The notes: generated by a model not told the origin, from the letters alone. Shown: positions 28,650-41,800, numbered from the stretch's first letter. The stretch is 64,000 nt of DNA from Sphagnum compactum (GCA_965153455.1 OZ234493.1:5766001-5830000), one strand, 5' to 3'. Numbers and translations: made by a program.

Positions 28650-30979
28650 ACAAATTGTCTTCCACCCAATTTCCCTTCCCTGGACTCACTAACTCCTTAA
28701 GCCTTTACTGATTTATATTATTAGTTGTTGATGGTAAGGTAGATGTGCCCCAAAACCACCTTTGTAAAAAATGAACTCAAGTTTTGAAATAAAAGTTAAA
28801 ACAACTTATGAAATTTTTATTTTGAATAGATGTCTTGTAGCTTTATCTATAGTCTAGTTTTCATCTGAAATTTAATAAACCAGTAAATTCTCACAATTCT
28901 TATTCATAGCATTGGTACACAAATATACAATTAATGATTATTTAAATCCCTTTTTTTGGCCGCTTGAGTATGAAGCAATAACCAACATCATGTACTCTAA
29001 GTACACATAAATTTCAATTTCAACAATAAATAACTAAAAAATAGTTTACCCTACCAGATGATTTTTGTTGCATCTACCTTAAGAGCAATCCGGAGGACCC
29101 CTTGCCTCCTTTCCTTCATCCCATTTCTAATTATTTTCAAGGCAACAGAGTGACACATGTTTATAACACCTTGAAGGGATGGGATACCAACTCTCTCAAC
29201 CCCAGCTGGCCCCCAGTTTTTGAGCAAACATCACAAACTTCAAAAGCAAACCTTAAGTAATAAACAAAACAAGATGCAAGAGTAATAAGTAAGCAAGATT
29301 TGCCTCTTGCTCTTTCTCTCACACGACCCATGAACTCACTCACCCTTAGTTCATCTCGCCTACAAATGCATCCCCAAGCATAGAAATAGACTTACTAACG
29401 TTTTAGTGAACAAGCACTAGATGGTCACATCCCATTTATTGGCTCCGTGTGCAACAAGCGTGAGGAGACATTGATCTGACTGCTGCTCCCTATTTTTCAA
29501 TTGGTCAATCATAATGATCGGTCCAGGTGGTTTGCTGATAGTAGTCTCTCACCTATTTGCAGTCCCCCTTTTAGTTTAATGGGTGAGGTCGGGAAAAAGA
29601 AAATAAATAACTAAACTTGGATGTGAGAAATATTTTTGCAGGATGAGATACAGAGCACTCTGCTGGTGATGCTCAAAGGGCCTATGTATACCTCCTCCAA
29701 ATGGGAGAGTCATTCCATTTCTTTGTTTTCGATACAACTCACTGATTGAATGGCCCATACCTCTTCTTCTTGACAGGGCATATGCAGTCATCAGCACGCA
29801 CGGCAATGAATAAGCCAATGGTAGAATCAAGTGGAATATTTGGGTTCAGTGGTGAGAAAATGAAAGAGGATCAATCACATGGCTGACATAAGAAGGGAAT
29901 CAAAATGAGGGCTTCTGGGCCCCAATCATGCTAAAAGCCATTGTTCACATCAAATACTGGCAAATTTGTTTTATTGTTTCCCAACATATGAACCTTGATC
30001 ACATGATTCCACATTGGCAAATAATTTCTAGGTGACAAATTGAGAGCATAGTGAAGAAAAAAAAGAAGAAGGCATATTTTGTCAACTAAATGTCTTTGAG
30101 TGCTCTTCGCCTTGACCCTTGCACTACTTATTAGTGTGTGTTGGTCCATCGAGCATAGAAACAAAATGTATGTATGTACTTCATTGTTTGGAGATTGTCA
30201 TATATTATTGTTTTATTGCCTAATCATGCTTGTTGGGCCATGCCTCTCAGCAAGGACTACTACACATTCACTTGGGTCTCCACAAGTTAATGTTAGAAGT
30301 AGCTTGCATCTTATTCACAGAAATAGGTGATCCTCAAGCACATGGATGATGGGTGTATAAAATTACTTATTTCACTAAAAACAACTGAAAAGCCCAAGTA
30401 CTTTGGGCTTGGATAAGGGGAAGCAAACCATAACAGGTTCTCACAGCTCTCATGTGTCTCCATGTTGCTTCCAATAGCCGCACTTTTTTTCTCTCAGCTT
30501 CATCCCACGAAGTCCCACTCTTTTTGCCCTACATAGGTGCCGCAAATGGGCAAAAGCTATGCAAACTCTAAGCATCTTAGGAGTGCCCAAAGTTCCCAAA
30601 CTTTTCATGTTGAGGATGTGAAATTTGGCCAATCATGAAACCCATTTACCTGGAAAAAAAAAACGAAGTTTTGAAGTTTGGATGCAACCACAAGTAATTC
30701 ATAGAATTCACATTATATTTAGTCCCCCCCCCTCCTTTTCCTCCTCCATCAACAAAAAAAAAATACCGATCACAAATCTTCATCAGTCCAGTGGCTTTTG
30801 CACTATTAATGACCACACAACCAAGAGCCACTTGAAGGAAGAAAACTGATAAAGTGGTGGGGTCAAATTTTTAAATAAAAGTATTTTCAATAAAGTTATC
30901 GGGAAAGTCGGGCGATTAGGGGGCGAGAATGGCCACTTTCGGCATAATAGTGCATCAAATGCGTAACTAAGAATGAAAT

Positions 30980-31310
30980 TTTACAAAACGAAATAACTGG
31001 GACCCAACATAGTTTTTCCACCAACTTTGGCAGTAATTATAGTAGTTGTACAGGTAAGAGCAGTGAAAATACATGGGTTTCATCCCCTCTTTCCTTTTTC
31101 CTGAACGCCTACACTGCTGCTACATACATTTTCACTGCTCCCACATGTACAACTAGTATAATTACTGTCGAACCTTGTGCATTGAATGCTGAGTTTCAGC
31201 ATTTCATACTGAGATTTAATAAAATTTTCTTACTTTGCGGATACCGCCAAAAGAGGGGATGGGGATGAAAGCACAGGGGTTAGGAGGTGAAAGAGAGGGT
31301 GACTTTACGG
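30980..31310 (+). repeat. Dispersed repeat copy 1, containing a 40-bp inverted-repeat hairpin
   Basis: Starts TTTACAAAACGAAATAACTGGGACCCAA, identical to 37980. It is colinear with copy 2 over ~270 bp. Confidence 0.75.
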
Positions 31311-31824
31311 ATAACTTTAATATCAATTAAGAGATTTTTTTTAGAATGCTTCAATCACAAAAGTCCAGGGAAGCTTGCAAAAAGGTGAAGTGAAGACGAA
31401 AATAAAAAGCCTACATTTGTGGATTTCCAGGGAGTGTTGTCGGGGAATCTTACAAACTTGGGTTTGCTCCACCTCAGCTCCAACTGAGCAAATATCTCAC
31501 ACACTCAACTCTTGTGTGGTAGTCACAAAGGCAGCCCTTAATTATTATCTCTACCGACCACCTTTCCTACCGATGTGCAAATGCTAGTTAAGTGGTTTAG
31601 TATTGGTATTCAGCAAGCATGTACTTATGGCTATTGGAATGTCATGAATACATACTTGCTAGATACCAATAGCCAAAATTTCCCCTACCCATGAGTTTTC
31701 AGTGGCTCATCCAATAGGCATGTCATCTAGGATTGAAAGGGTGTTTTAGCAATAATTGGGGGAAATTAGGGCTGGATGCAAAAGTAGGACACTGACAACT
31801 AGTTCATGTATATACCATAGCCTA

Positions 31825-32037
31825 GGGTCAGTTTCCACATTGACAAAACAATTTTTAATTTTTTTTTCAAAAAATGAATTCATGTTTTAATTTTGAAATT
31901 AATATTGTGATATGAATAGTGAAATTATTCAGAATGTAGCTTATGATAATTATGATGATTTTTCAACATGACAACTTCATGTTTTCACAAAATTTCATTT
32001 CACTATTTTGAGGATTATTTAATGAGGAAACTGACCT
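31825..32037. mobile_element. MITE with short TIRs (Tourist/PIF-like)
   Basis: GGGTCAGTTTCCACATT ... AATGAGGAAACTGACCT, AT-rich interior, flanked by TA. Confidence 0.65.
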
Positions 32038-32899
32038 TACGGTAAGGTATGAATGACAACATCTTCACTTTGAGTAGGAGAAGATGCTCATGTACATAAG
32101 AATTTCAACACACAGACATTGACAAGATTGTGATGACACTCTCTGCTCTAATATGACACATTATCACTCCAGAAAACATTGACACAGTGTTGAAGCCACA
32201 CTCTCTGCTCTACATAACACATAGTTGGGGGGAAGGGAGATCTCATTGGAAGGCCATGGTAAAATGCTTTGTCCAGTGTTGTGGAGATGACAACATAATG
32301 TTGATATATATACTCACTTTTCAGGTTCAGTGTTGAGGTGCTCAACAATTTTATTTTCTTTCGAAATCCACACTTCGGTAGTTAAGAAAATGATTTATGA
32401 AATTTCAATAATAAAAGAGGCCTTCTTCTTCTTTGGCAGGTTATTTGGACTCAGCATCTAAAGAATGAGAAGTTTTACAACATTTTTTTTATTGTTTCTT
32501 TTTGAAACAATGAGAAGAGATAATAAAATTCATCATAAAATAATCCTGAGTTTGAGTCTGGCTTTGATCTTGAATATCAGGGGTCTACCCTTGTCTCCCT
32601 AGTTAGTGTTTTAGGTAGTCCTCTAAGTAACCTTTAGGTGTCACATAACTTAAGTGCCTCTTTAGATAATTTCATAGGTAGGCCTTATGTAGTTTTTTTT
32701 ATGGAAGCTTTTGATAATCTCTAAGTAGTTTCTAGGTAGTCTTCTAGGTAGGTTTATGTAGCCCCTAAGACAACCCTTGAGTATCTCATAATCTAAGTAA
32801 GATTTTAGGTGTCTTCTTAGATTCTTTAAAGAAGTCCTAAGTAATCCCTAAGTAACCGCTAGCTGTCCCCTAACTTAAGGTTTTTAAACTAACCCCTTA

Positions 32900-33143
32900 G
32901 AGCTTCTCCACCGGTGCTCTGTATGTCACTCTGGATAATAAAATTAAATGTCTAAGTTTAGCTGTTTTTTTTTGGCAACCCCAACAATAAAACTGTAACT
33001 TGAACTGCATAGATGTGAGAACTGCTAATAGCAAACCACCAGGACCAATCATTATGATCGACCAATCAGAAATACTGAGTCGCAGTAAGGTCCAGTTTAT
33101 TTTACTGTCTGGAGTCACATACTAAGTACCAGTGGAGATACTT
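32900..33143. mobile_element. Tourist (PIF/Harbinger) MITE, 244 bp
   Basis: ~50-bp imperfect TIRs (GAGCTTCTCCACCGGTGC... / ...GTACCAGTGGAGATACTT) resembling the GAGCATCTCCA Tourist end; TTA TSD at 32897-32899 and 33144-33146. Confidence 0.8.
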
Positions 33144-34476
33144 TTAGGTAGGCTTTGTATAATTTTAAAAATCTTCTTTATGTATCCCATAATATAAGTA
33201 AGCTCTCGGGTAGACATGTAGGCTTAGTCAAAACATAAGAAACAAGAGAAAACTCAAATCATCTTGAGTTTTGGAGAAATTTTGAATTTCCTCTTTTATT
33301 ATATTCCTTTGACATTGTTCCATCATACATTTTGATTTTCATCGTCAATTTTGGGGAAACTTAAGATTCTGCTCCTATGTTTTCTTGACTTTTGTGATAA
33401 CTTTAATGTTCCAAAAAGTTTATGGGATAGAAGTTTTTTTTTAAATCGATCATTGAATATCTTCTCTACAATGGTGGATTAACCTAAAACAAGAAACTTT
33501 CAGGTTTTGACCAATTTTTGTTTCCCTTATATTGTTGTACCTATATGGCCTCATTGTTTCATCTTTAATTCTTTTATTTAGCGTTCTCAATTCAATTCTG
33601 ACTCAAGGATATCTACTTTCTTCACCTTTATCTTGACAATGGATTTAATTATCTCCACCGAAGAAACCCACATTTTCAACTCTTGTTTGATTTTCTTGGA
33701 ACTCTGGAACTCTTTTCTCAAGCTTTGTATCTAAAGCTTTTTCCTACGACTCCCTCTTAAAGACCTTGTTTTCAACTTTGATCGCATTTATCTCATGAAA
33801 AAAATCACATTTATGATCCTCAAACCCTAATCACTATGAAAGAGAAAATAAAAATAGTGTTATAGAGAATCAAGGCGCCATAGAAAAATTGATTTAGTTC
33901 CTAAATTTTCTACATCCAAGATAATAATTTCCTTAAATTTTGGCATTTCAAAAAAAAATAAAAATAAATCAACATTTTCAAAAAAATGAATATTGCCAAA
34001 CATGAAAATGTATTATGGTAATCTTTTGCTTCTATAAAGCACTCTCAGAAATTTCCTATGAGTCATGGAGGGCACCTTTATGTTTGTGAATAATGCCTCC
34101 TTAGTTTACCTTATGTTTACAAGAGGCCTACTAGTAGGTGGAAGAGGCCTTATGTAGACATAAGGTACCTTGCGCTCCTACGATGATATGACCTACCCAT
34201 GTTTAGGCTCATTGTAAACACCTCATACAATTCTTTTAGTGTAGTTGGCGGATTGTGTTTGTCACCATAAATTTTCATGTGGAAAGGGTAATAAGCATCT
34301 CAAAAACAAAAACCCAAAGTCCATAGGAGTGAGTGAGCCTTGAGTTTTTTTGAATCCTATGGATCTTGTGTTCTTTCTGAAAAAAATATGTGCCCTCCTT
34401 TTTCCTCACTAATGATAATTGGTGGGTATCACAATAAATTGTCTGAGAAATAAAAACCCTATGGATCTTAGACAGA

Positions 34477-34631
34477 GGCTTTACCAGAATTAAGGGCCCA
34501 CACACAAGGCAAAGCATGGGTCCTTATTCAAGTGAACCCAAGGGCAGAGGGCTTTACCAGAATTAAGGGCCCACACACAAGGCAAAGCATGGGTCCTTAT
34601 TCAAGTGAACCCAAGGGCAGAGGGCTTTACC
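34477..34631. repeat. Perfect 73-bp tandem duplication (2.1 copies)
   Basis: GGCTTTACCAGAATTAAGGGCCC...CAAGGGCAGAG at 34477 and 34550, with a partial third copy at 34623. Confidence 0.9.
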
Positions 34632-34971
34632 TAGCCCTGCATGTGAGGAAGAAAAAAAACTCATCATAATTGGTTGCCAAATTTCACCTCATCCTTCTTA
34701 CATTAAAAAAGGGTCCCTTGGATAATACTTGGGGAAACCATGATGTCTTCTTATCCACTTCCTAAAAGGATACCATAATCTCAGGGATGAAGGAAGAAGA
34801 CAATGAATGACTCATGCTTTGGTTTGGCAAACTTCACTCATTATTTTCTATATTGTGATGATATCTTTATGTTTCTCCCTTCTGATTTTCAAGAGAATTA
34901 AACTCACTTTTCACTGTGTTTCACAATTACTGGCCCATGGTTGTACATTATTAATGTACAACTCGTATATT

Positions 34972-35125
34972 CACTGCAATATAAGGTGTTCTTATTCATC
35001 AAGTGATTTCATTGGATTTTGAGTGAATTCACTAGTTGTAATGACCAGGGATTAGTGAAGAAGCAGTGAATTCACTGGTCTAGTGAACAGAGATTAATGA
35101 ATTACACCCACATTTTGTAGTAGTG
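34972..35125 (-). mobile_element. Miniature CACTA element, 154 bp; second copy of the 8377-8487 family in opposite orientation
   Basis: Termini CACTGCAATATAAGG ... TTTTGTAGTAGTG; TSD ATT at 34969-34971 and 35126-35128; colinear with the reverse complement of 8377-8487. Confidence 0.85.
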
Positions 35126-35783
35126 ATTGAATGTTACTACAATACCTACTAAGGTTGTTCCATAAGTGACAAACACTTGAGACAATCCTAAAATCAAACC
35201 CACAAAGTGAAGTGATGTCAAACAAGTTTGCAAAATGCAAGACTTGGCTTCACAATTGGTTACCCTAGTTGATAAATACATTTAGGAACTTATTATGTAT
35301 AGGCCTTTGTTTTTTTTGTTTTTTTTGGGGGGGGGGGGAGTTCTTGAGCATTGAGCAACAAGAGCTTGGGAGGAGCAAAAAGTTCGACAATTAGGAGTTG
35401 TTGATTGAGAGGTGTCGTAGATTGACCATGCCCAGCCTCAATTTTTTTTTTTAACAAAACATAACCCAAACACTATTGTCCCCTATTTTGAGGGGAGCCA
35501 TGGTTCAATGCAGAAACAGGCACTGGGTCTCCCACAGCATGGAAGAGAGCGCTGAATACCCAAGCAGACCAGTGCATGCTGCCTGCAAAAGTTTATGTAC
35601 TCGGGTTTTTTGAAGACCCAAAAAACCCAATAGATATGCTCCAGAACTTCAGACCCACTATCTTTATTGAATGAGCATGCATAGGCTACACCTTAACAAT
35701 TGGAAAGCACAAACAACTCCAGCCAAACTGCTACTTGAGTTAGGATAACTTGAAGCTGTTGGGGTCTGTTATATATATATATA

Positions 35784-36315
35784 CTAGTGGGTACCCGCTA
35801 ATTGTTTCAACCAATTAATAACTCTTGTTGTTGTTCTGTTTGTGTATTATATAAGTAGTGTTGGGCGGGTATTTGATATGTTGAATAACCTCCACATCTG
35901 GGTATTTGTAAAATGGGAATTAAAAGAATTAAAACTCGGAGTCAAAGAATCACAAGTTCCGGGTATTTGAAAAAAATTCAAAATCAAAGAACCGCTGCCG
36001 GTTCTGGTTATTTCAAAAAAACCTCACAGGACTGCCGGGTTTCAAGAAAACCTGGAAAAGAGGAGCCAGGCAGGTTTTTGGGCGGTTATTTTACTTTTAC
36101 AATTTGGGATCTGTATTTCATAACCTCGACAGACGGACAGACGGGATCTGGGTTTCAGAACCTCGACAGACAGTCAGACGAGATCTGAGTTTCAGGACAT
36201 TGACAGACGGACAGACGAGATCTGGGTTTTTGTCTCCTCGAATTGGTACTTCGAAATTGGCCCCTCAAATTGGCACCTCGACAAACGCACAGACTACCTG
36301 AATTAATATATAAGA
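35784..36315 (-). mobile_element. Non-autonomous Helitron, 532 bp
   Basis: Minus strand reads A|TCTTATATATTAA ... TAATTG-GTTGAAA-CAATTA hairpin, 11 nt, CTAG|T. It is inserted between A and T with no TSD and contains three 37-bp tandem units at 36122, 36159 and 36196. Confidence 0.7.
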
Positions 36316-37979
36316 TATTTGTGTACCTAGGGTAGAGTGGCCCATCACGGATCACTAGCCTATCACGGATCACTTTGGCAAATCTTTCTCAATTTTTTTT
36401 TCATTTTGAGTGATTTAAAATATTATAGGAGTGCCTTCTCAAGCTCTACAAATCATCTTTGCAATGCAAAACCAACGGAGCAGCCAAAAAAAGAGCAGTA
36501 AAGAGAATACAATTTTTTTGAATTATAATTTTTTGTTTTTTCATTTTTTAAAATTTTGACCCCTCCTACTTCATCAGTGCATAACTTTCTCATTTTTGGG
36601 TTCAAATTGAGCAATTTAAACTGCTTTGAAATCGCCATCTTAAGCTTTACAAATCATCTTGTAACTCTAAAGACAACAGAGTAATATTTAAGGATTTTTT
36701 TGAGAGGATTGATCATTTCTTTCCTAGCAAGATCTCATGTGAATCTTTTTTTCCCCATAGTTATCTTCTTGTCCAAATGGATTTTCATAAAGGGCTGAAT
36801 GTTGGGATGTTTATCTTGTGTAATTTGAACCCACCTTCCAAACTAAGATGCCTCAGAAAGAAAGGAAAGTAGGCTTGAAGTTCTTAGGGGAAAAGGGAAG
36901 TGGAAAAGTTCCTTTTACCCAAGATCTTGGATATCACTTAATTTTATTTTTTAATGTTCATCAACAATCAATTTTTATTTTTATTTTTTTGAAAAGGTTG
37001 CTTGCACAATGGATGAAAAGTTAGGGAACTTATATGCTTCCTTAAGGTAAGCATATAAGGAAGTCGTATCAGCTTAAAATTTTTGGAAGGTTGCATAATG
37101 GATGAACGTGGCGTTTTAGTTCCTCAAATTTTCATTCATTACATGACCTTCTTCCCCATTTTTTCAAGATGAGTTCCTCAACTTTTCATCCATTGTGCAA
37201 CCTATCAAAAAGTCCAAAACATGTTACACAAATTTATAGGCAATGAGAATTTTTTAAACCAATATCCAAGTTCCTCAAATAAGAAGATACTTTCCCTACC
37301 CCATCCTAAAGGGAAAGCATGGCCCAACTTCCCCTTCCCTGGTTGGGCAACTTTCCCACATCCCCTCACTGGATGGAGAAGGCCTAAGACAAGTTGCCCA
37401 ACAGCCATAGACTTTTGTTCTTCCCTGGATGAGAAGATGAGTATTGAGAAAACAAATTGGATCCAAGATCTTCTTCCCATATGAAGAAAAATACATAGAT
37501 AGGTGCTGCAATAGAATTGTCATTAAAAACCCTAAGTACATATCTTTTGCTATCATTTCAAGTTTGGCAATAATAGAATTATTTTCGACAATGTTGAATT
37601 TTTCTCGAAATTATCTCTTTGAAATGTCACATTTTGAGAAAATTACAAGGGAGAGCAAAATACAAAAATTGGTGGAAACCCTGGAGCCTTTGCTTAAAGC
37701 CAGTGCACCTTGTAGGGCAAGTCTTCAATTATCCTATCTATTTCTCTCCATCGTATAATTTGGTGAAATATATGTCTCGCCATTTTTGCAAAAAATGGCA
37801 ATAAAAAATGTTGTAAAAAGGCTCATTCTGTTTACAGGTTTGAAGTCTGAAGAACCTATTAAAGAAGGTGTCTATATTATTGCCAAAATTCCATAAATAT
37901 TTTTTAAGTGCCAAAGTGGATTTTGAAAACAAAATAATTATGCAGCACGAAACCTGAAAAGGTACTACGGTCCACACAC

Positions 37980-38250
37980 TTTACAAAACGAAATAACTGG
38001 GACCCAAACGACTTTTTCCACCAATTTTGGTGGTAAACTGAGTTTCATCCTGTCTTTCCTTTTTCCTCCTGAGCGCCTTCACTGCTGCTCCTACCTGTAC
38101 AACTAGTATCGTTACTCTCAAACCTTGTGCATCAAATGTTGAGTTCAAGCATTCAATACTGAAATTTAATCAAATCTCCTTACTTTGCCGATACCATTGA
38201 GAGAGGGTATAGGGGGTGAAAGTAGGTGGAGAAGTTGAAAAGTAGAGGTT
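37980..38250 (+). repeat. Dispersed repeat copy 2 (lacks the left hairpin arm of copy 1)
   Basis: Homologous to 30980-31310. Confidence 0.7.
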
Positions 38251-39667
38251 TCTACATTGGCTTTGTGTGTAAAATAGTGATCATTTTTTTTACAAATGTG
38301 ATGTCTCCTTGCAACTTAAAGTTGCGAAAAGAATTCCGAAAGTTTATCCAAACATCTTTGTCCCCTATTTATTTAACAAAAATGAAACGGAAAAGGTGGG
38401 CTTTAGACATGGGACTTGTGTGCAAAATACAGATCACTTTCTTTGAATGTCATTTTGCTTGCAACTTTGTAAAGTTGTGTGTCACATGACTTTTTCCGGA
38501 CAATACTTAGTGCAGAGGCAGCTTCCACATGGGTCGAATGATTAATCAATTATGAAGATTCCATATCAAAATATAGGATATTTCACAATATTTCAAAAGA
38601 TTCTTAAGTTTCCTTCTCAAACTTTTGTTCTTTGAAAAAAAAAAAAATGTTCTTTAAAAATTTCAACATGCCTACGAATAATATATAATTAGTGTGTTGA
38701 AGTTGCCAAAGTACTATGGTAACAATGCTTGTTAGCTCAAAGGATACACTTCCTTTCTTTGTCACAAAACTCAAATCCTTCATGTGAAACAAAATCCAAT
38801 TGGTTCCTCCATCAGAAATTCCATTTACTTACAACTTAACATTAGGTTCCCAACCTTGTTCAATGAAATCTTTACAAAACACTAAATTGTAATGTAAATC
38901 CAATATCAATGAACTTTAAGGCTCCAATTTTGAGACTTATTTCAATCAAAACTACACGTTCCAAAACAAAGGATTTGTTTTGGAACCAAAAAGTCAATTG
39001 TATTTTTATTATAAAACCAAAGAAAAAAACACTATGAAGGAAGGGATGAAGGGGAAGCACATGGAGTTGGAACTTTTTTTTAATTGTTTAGTTCAACAAC
39101 TAGCCCCAAGGCATTGCATTATAAATGGAAACCAAAACACAACCAGGGCAAGGGGGGAGGAAGCCCCTCACCACCCCCCCCAAGCAAAGGACAAAACCAA
39201 ACCAGAACTTGTTTTTTCACATACCAACAACCATTTGAAATCTCCAATGTGTGATGTCATTCTCGACCTTGTTCCTACCACATTTGGGCTAGAACTTATC
39301 TACAACCCTTGACATTTCTTTAGCAATTGACAAGCTCTCATTCTCTCTCCCTTGGTAAGTCATCAAACTAATGGAACAAAAGGTCCTTAGATTAGCATAA
39401 CACCCCTTGTATTCAAGGCTTGGAAAGAATGGTAAAAAGAACACATTAGGTTATAACATTGTGGCTATAAGCAACTGGTTAATGGGCACTAGAAATCATG
39501 TAGGGTCACATGCAACAAAGGTCCAAAGAGGAAAGAAGACTAGGTCTAATGGAATTGGTGAAGGTGCACCCCATTAGCCTTTAACCAAATTTTTTGATGT
39601 TTATTATGGACATGTATTTTTAAATCTAAAAAGCCATGTCATACTTATGTATATCTATATTCTTACA

Positions 39668-40400
39668 CTTATTGAAATCAATGGTGAACATGAATATGAA
39701 ATGCAGGACATTTTGGATTCATGAGTTTTTAATCATCAACTTTAATACCTTGTTCGTTAATATGGGTATGATATGAACGAACACATTTTGGAACTAGTCA
39801 AAAACCAATTAAATGTTATGGAAAAGGTGCATGAATTTCATCGATGATATCCAAACAAGCTCAAGTTTGTTCCTTGTGGAACACATCATTAGAATGGGAG
39901 ATGATGTCATAGATGTCAATGCCATGGGGCTCATTTTTTTGAATGTTCATTCATGACTTGTATTAAACTTGTACCTAATTTTTAATTTAGTTTCAGTTCA
40001 CTCTTAGTTAATTTCTAATTAAGTCTTCATTCACTTCTAATTAATTTTTAATTAATTTTTAATTAAGTTTGAATTAACTTTTAGTTAACTCCCAGTGAAC
40101 TTCAAGTTAAATTTCAGTTAATTCTTAATCAAACTCCCAATTAAGTCTTAATTAATTTTTAGTTAAATCTTAATTAACTCCTAGTTGATTCCTAATTCAA
40201 CTTTAATTAACTTTCAATTAATTCATAATTGACTCTTAGTTAGGAAGGTTTTCAAGAAGTTTCTTTATTCAATGCACACACAGAAGCCTTTTTGGAAGTT
40301 GCCTTGAACTAGGTCCCCAAAGGGGTATAAATATAAGTAGGACCCTTCATTTCCTTCAATTTGTTCAACATCAGTCTTAGGCACGATCTTGCACCATAAC
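39668..40400 (+). mobile_element. Old chromovirus relic: pseudogenised chromodomain, PPT and 3' LTR
   Basis: IEINGEHEYEMQDILDS*...YLVR*YGYD...VHEFHR*YPNK parallels the young element's VEIEGQEEFEVQEVLDS...YLVFWRGY...RFHQRYPNK. It is followed by purine-rich GGGAGATGA then TGTCAT, a TATAAATA box and a ...CCATAAC end. Confidence 0.7.
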
Positions 40401-41559
40401 CTTGTCATGTTATTTTCATGTTCATGTTTGCATATGTTAGCATAATAGAAATTTGTTGTCACATTTGTCTTGCACATTTCGTGTTATTATACATAGTTCT
40501 TGTGTTTTTGTTTTTGAATCACATAATCTTATTTTGTTCCTTGTTGGAAAGTTAGACTTAGACTTTTCCTTTAGCCTTTGTTCTTGTGGTTTTTTGTGTC
40601 CCTGACAACTAAGGTCCTTGAAAGCTGAAAACAATGATTCCAATTTGGAGTTGATCTATACACATTTAAAAAGTTCAATAAAACCCATTTCTATTGCATA
40701 TGAAGAAGGATCATGATAAGAGGCATTCAAAGATCTTAAAAAAAGTCATTCAACAATGTATTGGATGCACAAAATGTGCCTTTTTCATGTTGGTGACAAT
40801 GAAGGATCATCATTAAAGCTAAGGATAAAAAATCATAATAGAATTTATATGAATTGTAATTATTTACAAGAATATTAATAGATCATGATTTATTCAAGGT
40901 TTTAAGTTTGATTGAAGTTCATGTGTTCCAAGTTCATTCTTGCAATGTTATACATCCAAAGTGAAGTTTTGATATGCATTCTTTGGTTGATTTGGTTGTA
41001 GGTTAACAATTGTCTTTACCATGGTTCATTGCAAAAGGAATATTAACAAACAAGATTGGGATGGGAAAACAATTGGACAAAATGGCTAAAAAAAGGACTC
41101 AACATATCAAACTTGGTATGGTGAGAAAAGAAAGGCACACAGAAGGGAATAGGTGAAGACATGCTGAATGTGCAAAACAATAATGAAAACATAAGATGAA
41201 GTTCAAAACTTACAAATTGTAAAGGTTGCTATCTACCACCTTTTCTTTATTACAAAACCCAATTCCAAAAGGTCACGAAATATTTGTCTAGGAATTACAT
41301 TTTTTATTAGTAAGTTTGTCAAAGATTTAGACTCCAATGCCCAAAACGTTGTGCTTGACAAAGCCATTCCCATTCATTGTTCAACAAAATATTTTTAAAT
41401 TATCTTCTAGATTACAATTTATGAAGTGAAATCATGAAATATTATGAAACATGAAGTTGGGGACCACATAACATGTCAAAAGAAATTTAGTTTTATTGTT
41501 ATTAAAGACATTGTGTGTATGTAATAATGGTGTTGCAAAACATTTGGATGTGGATAAAC

Positions 41560-41800
41560 ATAACATTCATAAAGTCATATCGAGATGAATATTATTGGAC
41601 ACCATGAAAGATGCCTTTTAAATTACATAGAAGCGAACTAAACATTCAGATGCCCTACTTAAGTGCATGAGGAATCTTGTAATACAATTTTGGACAAACC
41701 ATACCACAATTTCTCCAAATTGTAAAGATGTTGTGAGAAATTGCATTGGTTTCAAGGTGTATGAAGAACATGCAATCCACTACCTCCAAATTTCACAAAT
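41560..41800 (+). pseudogene. Probable DNA-transposon ORF relic (family not assigned)
   Basis: Short interrupted frame MRNLVIQFWTNHTTISPNCKDVVRNCIGFKVYEEHAIHYLQISQ inside repeat DNA. It resembles TE-derived bryophyte ORFs from memory only. Confidence 0.3.

Noticed and set aside
29440-29460. Partial similarity to bryophyte miR536 (GTGTGCAAC)
   Set aside because: Only ~9 nt match and no supporting hairpin.
36329-37757. Possible DNA transposon ends (TAGGGTAGAGTGG with ATCACGGATCACT twice; CTCTCCATCGTA)
   Set aside because: Could not find matching partner TIRs or a TSD.
30981-37981. Two repeat copies exactly 7000 bp apart, considered as LTRs of one element
   Set aside because: No TG...CA ends, PBS, PPT or retroelement coding between them; the copies are diverged and the round spacing is treated as coincidence.
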